Under the pieces are notes generated by a model. It saw nothing but the letters and a program-made list of their open reading frames with translations. It was not told where the DNA came from and did no database searches. Both the position numbers and the translations under genes were made by a program. This document shows positions 1-5,184 of a DNA stretch of 5,184 nt, one piece after another (the stretch's first letter is position 1; each line of letters opens with the position of its first letter). Origin of the DNA: a virus (lineage: Duplodnaviria > Heunggongvirae > Uroviricota > Caudoviricetes); IMG/VR virus record IMGVR_UViG_2630968808_000001, positions 1-5,184 of that record. The stretch is one strand, 5' to 3'.

Positions 1-1370
1 GAAACGCCGACTATATCGACTATCTGCCAGTGAATATGCTGGCTACACCCAAAGAAATCCTGAACAGCAGCGGATATCTTCGCTCATTCCCGGGCATTGC
101 CAAACGTTCTGATGTGAATGGCGTATCTCGCGGCGTCGAGTACAACATGGCGCAGAACGCTGTATATCGCGTGTGTGGTGGCAAGCTGTACAAAGGCGAA
201 AGCGAAGTCGGTGATGTTTCCGGAAGTGGTCGTGTATCAATGGCTCATGGTCGGACATCTCAGGCTGTAGGCGTTAATGGTCAACTGGTCGAGTATCGCT
301 ATGATGGTACGGTTAAAACCGTCTCAAACTGGCCTACAGACAGTGGATTCACTCAGTATGAGTTAGGTTCGGTTCGTGACATTACACGCTTACGTGGGCG
401 TTATGCGTGGTCAAAAGACGGAACTGATTCATGGTTTATCACTGACCTTGAAGACGAATCGCATCCTGACCGCTACAGCGCACAATATCGTGCCGAGTCT
501 CAGCCTGACGGCATCATCGGCATCGGAACATGGCGAGACTTCATCGTCTGCTTTGGTTCATCGACGATTGAATATTTCTCCCTGACTGGCGCAACCACCG
601 TTGGTGCCGCTTTGTATGTCGCACAGCCATCACTGATGGTGCAAAAAGGCATCGCCGGGACTTACTGCAAAACGCCGTTTGCTGATTCGTATGCGTTCAT
701 AAGCAATCCGGCAACAGGTGCGCCGTCTGTATACATCACCGGCTCCGGTCAGGTGTCACCAATCGCCAGCGCGAGCATTGAGAAAATCCTTCGCTCCTAC
801 ACTGCTGATGAACTGGCTGATGGCGTGATGGAATCGTTGCGCTTTGATGCTCATGAATTGCTGATTATCCATCTTCCGCGCCATGTTCTCGTGTACGACG
901 CATCTTCAAGCGCCAATGGTCCGCAATGGTGTGTACTGAAAACAGGCCTGTATGACGATGTGTATCGCGCTATCGACTTCATTTACGAAGGCAATCAGAT
1001 AACGTGCGGCGATAAGCTGGAATCCGTGACCGGGAAATTGCAATTCGATATCAGCAGCCAGTACGACAAGCAACAGGAACATCTGCTGTTTACTCCACTC
1101 TTCAAAGCAGATAACGCCAGAGTTTTCGACCTTGAGGTTGAATCGTCAACTGGCGTTGCGCAGTACGCTGACCGCCTGTTCCTCTCTGCAACCACTGACG
1201 GCATCAATTACGGGCGTGAGCAGATGATTGAGCAGAATGAACCGTTCGTTTACGACAAGCGCGTTTTGTGGAAGCGAGTCGGGCGCATCAGGAAAAATGT
1301 TGGCTTCAAATTGCGCGTTATCACGAAGTCACCTGTAACTCTGTCTGGCTGCCAGATAAGGATTGAGTAA
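1..1370 (+). CDS. 10: Head-completion / tail-accessory protein, P22 gp10-like; 5'-partial (reading frame open to window edge, codon phase begins at nt 3)
   Basis: Long ORF in frame 3 with no stop between nt 3 and the TAA at 1368-1370. The ORF track starts it at GTG 30, but the frame stays open upstream, so the true start lies outside the window. The 446 aa visible are consistent with the ~470-aa P22 gp10 as I recall it. Sits immediately upstream of a gp26-like needle gene, as in P22. Stop overlaps the next start (TAATG). Confidence 0.75.
   Translation, partial: NADYIDYLPVNMLATPKEILNSSGYLRSFPGIAKRSDVNGVSRGVEYNMAQNAVYRVCGGKLYKGESEVGDVSGSGRVSMAHGRTSQAVGVNGQLVEYRYDGTVKTVSNWPTDSGFTQYELGSVRDITRLRGRYAWSKDGTDSWFITDLEDESHPDRYSAQYRAESQPDGIIGIGTWRDFIVCFGSSTIEYFSLTGATTVGAALYVAQPSLMVQKGIAGTYCKTPFADSYAFISNPATGAPSVYITGSGQVSPIASASIEKILRSYTADELADGVMESLRFDAHELLIIHLPRHVLVYDASSSANGPQWCVLKTGLYDDVYRAIDFIYEGNQITCGDKLESVTGKLQFDISSQYDKQQEHLLFTPLFKADNARVFDLEVESSTGVAQYADRLFLSATTDGINYGREQMIEQNEPFVYDKRVLWKRVGRIRKNVGFKLRVITKSPVTLSGCQIRIE
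1358..1362 (+). promoter_or_regulatory. Shine-Dalgarno (AAGGA) for the gp26-like gene
   Basis: AAGGA lies 7 nt upstream of ATG 1370, inside the 3' end of the gp10-like CDS. Confidence 0.6.
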
Positions 1371-2071
1371 TGGTTGATTCATCACTGAATGATCCTGTCG
1401 TGGTTCAGGCTACGCGCCTTGATGCTTCAATTTTGCCACGCAATATATTCAGCCAGTCTTACCTGCTGTATGTCATAAATCAGGGAGCTGATGTCGGTGC
1501 AATTGCCGGGAAGGCAAATCAGGCTGGTCAGGGCGCTTACGATGCCCAGGTAAAAAACGATGAACAGGACGTAGAACTGGCTGATCACGACGCAAGAATC
1601 ACCGCAAACACAAAAGCGATAAATCTCCTTGAGGTCAGGTTAACAACCGCCGAAGGGAAGATAGTCGTACTGCGTAGCGATGTTGATTACTTGCTGGGTG
1701 AGGTTATCGATATTCAGGGGCATCTGGTCACTGTTGACCAAATACTGGATGGCGTAGAAAGCGATGTATCTGACATTAAGAGTGATTACGTATCGAAAAC
1801 CGTAACCGAATCGCAGTCTCTTGCGTCACCGCTGGATGTAAAAACATCATATTCAGTTGATGGAATTCAGGTCGTTGGAGCAAGGCAGACCGGATGGACT
1901 GCAGCCACAGGTACGCCACTTCTTGGTTCATTCAACGCTAACCAGTCATACACGGTCGGCACTACGTACACACAATCCGAAGTCGCAGCTCTCGCTACAG
2001 GTTTGGAGCAGGCGCGGCAGCGTATTCTGGCGCTTGAAACAGCACTTAGATTACATGGGCTGATTGACTGA
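1370..2071 (+). CDS. 26: Tail needle / cell-envelope-penetrating plug protein, P22 gp26-like (233 aa)
   Basis: ATG at 1370 overlaps the upstream stop; AAGGA Shine-Dalgarno at 1358-1362. The N-terminus [25 protein letters not shown]... closely resembles the conserved N-terminal gp10-binding domain of P22-family needles as I remember it. The 233-aa length matches the P22-type needle without a C-terminal knob. The central region has a heptad-like hydrophobic periodicity typical of a trimeric coiled coil. Confidence 0.85.
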   Translation: MVDSSLNDPVVVQATRLDASILPRNIFSQSYLLYVINQGADVGAIAGKANQAGQGAYDAQVKNDEQDVELADHDARITANTKAINLLEVRLTTAEGKIVVLRSDVDYLLGEVIDIQGHLVTVDQILDGVESDVSDIKSDYVSKTVTESQSLASPLDVKTSYSVDGIQVVGARQTGWTAATGTPLLGSFNANQSYTVGTTYTQSEVAALATGLEQARQRILALETALRLHGLID

Positions 2072-2526
2072 TGATTACATTCAAACCAACGCGAAACATC
2101 GACCTGATCGAAGCAGTCGGAAATCACCCTGACATTATTGCCGGAAGCAACAACGGTGATGGATACGACTACAAGCCTGAATGCCGTTACTTTGAGGTTA
2201 ACGTGCACGGTCAGTTCGGCGGCATTGTTTACTATCAGGAGATTCAGCCGCTTACATTCGATTGCCACGCCATGTACCTGCCCGAGATTCGCGGCTTCAG
2301 CAAGGAAATCGGGATGGCGTTCTGGCGGTACATTCTGACTAACACCACCGTTCAGTGCGTCACATCGTTCGCTGCACGCAAATTCCGCCACGGGCAGATG
2401 TACTGCGCAATGATTGGCCTTAAGCGTGTAGGAACTATCAAGAAATACTTCAAAGGCGTGGATGACGTGACGTTTTACAGCGCCACACGCGAAGAACTAA
2501 TCGACTTCCTGAATCACGGGAGATAG
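2071..2526 (+). CDS. 14: P22 gp14-like protein (151 aa), required for infectious particle formation / ejection-protein assembly in P22-like phages; exact function uncertain
   Basis: ORF begins at the ATG overlapping the gp26 stop (TGATG at 2069-2073). Assignment is by position between the needle gene and the gp7-like gene. No strong Shine-Dalgarno, so translation is probably coupled to the upstream gene. I recall P22 gp14 as somewhat longer, so the assignment is synteny-based only. Confidence 0.6.
   Translation: MITFKPTRNIDLIEAVGNHPDIIAGSNNGDGYDYKPECRYFEVNVHGQFGGIVYYQEIQPLTFDCHAMYLPEIRGFSKEIGMAFWRYILTNTTVQCVTSFAARKFRHGQMYCAMIGLKRVGTIKKYFKGVDDVTFYSATREELIDFLNHGR
2518..2522 (+). promoter_or_regulatory. 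Shine-Dalgarno (GGGAG) for the gp7-like gene
   Basis: GGGAG lies 6 nt upstream of ATG 2529. Confidence 0.6.
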
Positions 2527-2528
2527 CC

Positions 2529-3221
2529 ATGTTATATGCATTTAAACTGGGCAGAAAACTGCGCGGCGAGGAACCTTATTACCCTGAAAAAGGCGGGAAA
2601 GGTGGCAGTTCTGATAAAAGCGCAAAGTATGCCGCAGAAGCCCAGAAGTATGCCGCAGACCTGCAAAATCAGCAGTTCAACACCATCATGAATAACCTGA
2701 AGCCGTTTACTCCTCTGGCTGAGAAATATGTCGGCAGCCTCGAGAACTTATCGTCTCTGGAGGGGCAAGGTCAGGCACTTAACCAGTATTATAACTCTCA
2801 GCAGTATAAAGACCTTGCAGGTCAGGCTCGCTATCAGAGTCTGGCGGCAGCGGAAGCAACAGGTGGATTGGGTTCCACCGCAACCAGTAATCAGTTAGCA
2901 ACAATCGCACCAACGCTTGGTCAGCAATGGCTATCTGGACAAATGAACAATTACAACAACCTGGCAAATATCGGTCTTGGCGCTCTTCAGGGGCAGGCAA
3001 ACGCCGGGCAAACATATGCCAACAACATGAGTCAGATTTCACAGCAAAGCGCGGCGCTGGCGGCGGCAAACGCCAACCGACCGTCAGCATTGCAGCAGGG
3101 GGTTAGTGGTGCTGCATCCGGTGCGCTTTTGGGTGGTGGCATAGCCAGTGCTCTCGAGCTATCAACTCCGTGGGGGGCTGCGATCGGCGGCGGTCTTGGT
3201 CTGCTTGGCTCGTTGTTTTAA
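2529..3221 (+). CDS. 7: Ejection (injection/pilot) protein, P22 gp7-like (230 aa)
   Basis: ATG at 2529 preceded by GGGAG at 2518-2522. Length is nearly identical to P22 gp7 (229 aa as I recall it). Protein is Q/N/A-rich with a Gly/Ala/Leu-rich hydrophobic C-terminus. Position is immediately after the gp14-like gene. Confidence 0.8.
   Translation: MLYAFKLGRKLRGEEPYYPEKGGKGGSSDKSAKYAAEAQKYAADLQNQQFNTIMNNLKPFTPLAEKYVGSLENLSSLEGQGQALNQYYNSQQYKDLAGQARYQSLAAAEATGGLGSTATSNQLATIAPTLGQQWLSGQMNNYNNLANIGLGALQGQANAGQTYANNMSQISQQSAALAAANANRPSALQQGVSGAASGALLGGGIASALELSTPWGAAIGGGLGLLGSLF
2625..2659 (+). repeat. Perfect 14-nt direct repeat (AAGTATGCCGCAGA) in two copies at a 21-nt offset, in frame inside the gp7-like CDS
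   Basis: Copy 1 at 2625-2638 and copy 2 at 2646-2659 are identical; flanking bases differ on both sides. They encode KYAAE / KYAAD, seven codons apart. Confidence 0.9.
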
Positions 3222-3225
3222 GGGG
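3220..3225 (+). promoter_or_regulatory. Shine-Dalgarno (AAGGGG) for the gp20-like gene
   Basis: AAGGGG lies 5 nt upstream of ATG 3231 and overlaps the gp7 stop codon. Confidence 0.6.
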
Positions 3226-3230
3226 TAATC

Positions 3231-4595
3231 ATGGCTACGTGGCAACAGGGTATTAATTCTGGTGGTTTTCTGGCTGGCATTGGTGCGCAAAACGAGAATG
3301 CGCCAAAGGCAAGCGACATTAACGCAACGCTTGGTCTGATCCGCGAAAACAATGAACTGGCTCGATCAGGTGCAAATAACGTTGGTCTGACCGCGTTACG
3401 TGGTCTGGCTGGAGTTGCTGATATTTATAAGCAGGAACAGCAACAGAAAGCTATTAGGGCGTTCAATAAGGTTCACGCTGATGCATGGGCTTCTGGTGAT
3501 CCATCGGGACTATTTAAGTTTGCCCAGGAAAATCCAGCGTTTGTTGCGCAGGCACAACAGGCGTTTTCCGGTCTTAATGAGCAGCAACGCAACGATATGG
3601 GCGATTCAGCCATGAGGGCTAACGTCGCTCTTTCTCAGGGACCGGAAGCCTACAGTAAATTCATTACTGACAACAAGGACAGGTTAAATCGCGTGGGGGC
3701 GAATGCTGACTGGATGATTCAGACAGGTATCCAGAATCCAGAGCAGCTATCACACATGCTGACTACTATGTCTCTCGGTGCGCTTGGACCAGAAAAGGCG
3801 TTTGCTGTTCAGGACAAAATGGCTGGTCGTGAGATTGACCGAGGCAGGCTGGCAGAGACAATCCGCAGCAATCAGGCTGGCGAGGCGCTAACAGCGCGTG
3901 GTCAGAATATCACGATGCGCGGTCAGGATTTATCGATGCAGAGAGCATCAATGAAAGGGTCGGTTGGGAATAATGAGCGTACAGTTCAGTTAGCAGATGG
4001 CAGAACTGTAACGGTAGGCGGGAAGCTTCACGGCGCTGGGGCTAATGCGTTCTACGAAGGTATCGACAACGAGGGGAATATGGTTCGCGTCCCTGCTGGC
4101 TCTATTGCCGCTCCGGCTACATCGGCAGCAAGCGCACAGAATTACGCAATGAAGAAAGATCTTGATGCAATTTCTGGTGCATCAATTGACGATCTTGGCT
4201 TCATGACTGGCATTACAGGCTCTTCAGGTTCTCCTGCTCTTGGTGCAGATATTCGTAGCCGTGCATCTGGTGGTGATCAGAGGAAACTATACAACGCGGC
4301 ACAGCGAATCCAAGGAAAGATGCAGAATCAGGGCATTGCAGCAGCCAGAGACATGGGGGCATCCGGTATCAACACCGTTGCAGAAGCAAAGATGTATTTT
4401 CAAGGTATGCCACAGGTTGATTTCTCAAGCCCTGAAGCACTGCAACAATCAATGCGCGACATTCAGCAATATACCGACAATTACAACCAGCAATATAACG
4501 TTAATGTTGGTAAATCTCAGCGGCAGCAATCTCAACCTGCACAGGTATCACAGCCAGCAGCCAGCAGTAACTTTTCTTCACTATGGGGTGATTAA
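3231..4595 (+). CDS. 20: Ejection (injection/pilot) protein, P22 gp20-like (454 aa)
   Basis: ATG at 3231 preceded by AAGGGG at 3220-3225 with a 5-nt spacer. Size is comparable to P22 gp20 and it sits between the gp7-like and gp16-like genes. Stop TAA at 4593-4595 overlaps the next start. Confidence 0.78.
   Translation: MATWQQGINSGGFLAGIGAQNENAPKASDINATLGLIRENNELARSGANNVGLTALRGLAGVADIYKQEQQQKAIRAFNKVHADAWASGDPSGLFKFAQENPAFVAQAQQAFSGLNEQQRNDMGDSAMRANVALSQGPEAYSKFITDNKDRLNRVGANADWMIQTGIQNPEQLSHMLTTMSLGALGPEKAFAVQDKMAGREIDRGRLAETIRSNQAGEALTARGQNITMRGQDLSMQRASMKGSVGNNERTVQLADGRTVTVGGKLHGAGANAFYEGIDNEGNMVRVPAGSIAAPATSAASAQNYAMKKDLDAISGASIDDLGFMTGITGSSGSPALGADIRSRASGGDQRKLYNAAQRIQGKMQNQGIAAARDMGASGINTVAEAKMYFQGMPQVDFSSPEALQQSMRDIQQYTDNYNQQYNVNVGKSQRQQSQPAQVSQPAASSNFSSLWGD
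4585..4590 (+). promoter_or_regulatory. Shine-Dalgarno-like (GGGGTG) for the gp16-like gene
   Basis: G-rich purine tract 4-6 nt upstream of ATG 4595, inside the 3' end of the gp20-like CDS. Confidence 0.45.
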
Positions 4596-5184
4596 TGGCT
4601 AAAGCATGGAAAGATGTTATCGCTTCTCCACAGTATCAGGCGTTAACTGAAGAACAGAAAGCACAGGCTCAAGCGCAATATTTTGATGAGGTTGTTGCCC
4701 CTAAGGCTGGTGACAAATGGGCTGAAGCAAGAGATCAGTTTTATGCAGCATACCCTCCGCCTCAGCAGCAGAAAGAAGAACCATCATTGATGCAACAAGC
4801 TGGTGATTGGCTCACAGGTGGTCAAAGTGCAGGGCAAATTGCAGAACAGGCTGGTCGTGGTCTGGTAAACATACCATTTGACGTATTGCAGGGTGGCGCA
4901 AGTCTGATTAATGCAATCAGTCAGGGGCTTGGTGGACCCAAGGTTTTGGATGATGTTTATCGTCCAGTAGACAGACCGACAGACCCCTACGCTCAAGCTG
5001 GAGAAACAATTGGCGGGTATTTAGTTCCAGGAGTTGGAACGGCAGGAAGCATGGCTATTGGATCACTGGCAGAGGCCGCAAATCAGAAAGGCGATTTCGC
5101 ACAAAATGCAGCTAAAAATGCCGGAGTTAACCTTGCCGCTCAGGGTGTTCTTTCCGCAGCAGCAAAGGGAATAGGGCGTGGAAT
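4595..5184 (+). CDS. 16: Ejection (injection/pilot) protein, P22 gp16-like; 3'-partial (runs off window end)
   Basis: ATG at 4595-4597 overlaps the gp20 stop (TAATG); GGGGTG Shine-Dalgarno-like at 4585-4590. Frame is open from 4595 to the window end (translation begins [42 protein letters not shown]...). Not in the supplied ORF track because it has no stop in the window. Position matches P22 gene 16. Confidence 0.78.
   Translation, partial: MAKAWKDVIASPQYQALTEEQKAQAQAQYFDEVVAPKAGDKWAEARDQFYAAYPPPQQQKEEPSLMQQAGDWLTGGQSAGQIAEQAGRGLVNIPFDVLQGGASLINAISQGLGGPKVLDDVYRPVDRPTDPYAQAGETIGGYLVPGVGTAGSMAIGSLAEAANQKGDFAQNAAKNAGVNLAAQGVLSAAAKGIGRG

Noticed and set aside
30-32. GTG at 30 given by the ORF track as the start of the first CDS
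   Set aside because: The reading frame has no stop between nt 3 and 30, and the expected gp10-like protein is longer than 446 aa. The real start is almost certainly upstream of the window, so the CDS is called 5'-partial.
1867-2391. 174-aa minus-strand ORF spanning the gp26/gp14 junction
   Set aside because: It lies entirely antisense to two well-supported, tightly coupled + strand genes. It has no evident ribosome-binding site and a Cys/Arg/Val-rich composition typical of antisense-frame artefacts.
2589-2612. KGGKGGSS motif near the N-terminus of the gp7-like protein as a possible P-loop (Walker A)
   Set aside because: It does not fit the GxxxxGK[ST] pattern, because the Lys is followed by Gly rather than Ser/Thr. 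More likely a flexible Gly/Lys-rich linker.
43-3615. Other short embedded ORFs from the track within this span (43-258 -, 376-585 +, 995-1207 -, 1857-2063 +, 2138-2338 +, 2779-3090 -, 3400-3615 +), plus 4784-4996 - just outside it
   Set aside because: All are 66-103 aa, wholly nested within the six main genes in other frames or on the opposite strand, with no start signals of their own. They are best explained as chance ORFs.
4240-4602. 120-aa + strand ORF in an alternative frame inside the 3' end of the gp20-like gene
   Set aside because: Fully embedded in a longer, syntenically supported CDS; no independent start signals; composition looks like frame-shifted noise.
1-5184. Searched by eye for CRISPR repeats, tRNA-like structures, IS terminal inverted repeats, Chi sites (GCTGGTGG), and stand-alone promoters or rho-independent terminators
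   Set aside because: No regularly spaced repeats, no exact Chi octamer on either strand, and no intergenic space longer than 9 nt to hold a promoter or terminator. This fits a single long late transcript.

Overview
The window is almost entirely coding (about 99%) on the + strand: six tightly packed, co-oriented genes with 0-9 nt gaps or 1-nt stop/start overlaps. Gene order, sizes and recognisable protein features match the late-operon block of a P22-like podovirus (Lederbergvirus-type phage or prophage of an enterobacterium) running gene 10 -> 26 -> 14 -> 7 -> 20 -> 16. That is: a 5'-truncated head-completion / tail-accessory protein (gp10-like), a 233-aa tail needle (gp26-like), a small gp14-like protein, and three ejection ('pilot') proteins (gp7-, gp20- and gp16-like, the last 3'-truncated). 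Product assignments rest on my recollection of P22 protein lengths, N-terminal sequence and synteny; no database search was run. I see no RNA genes, CRISPR arrays, mobile-element termini, stand-alone promoters or terminators, and no room for an inserted accessory (moron) gene. I do not find a convincing previously undescribed system here; it reads as a conventional virion-completion and DNA-ejection module. The points worth a second look are protein-level features of the ejection proteins and the needle, and a short in-frame direct repeat in the gp7-like gene.
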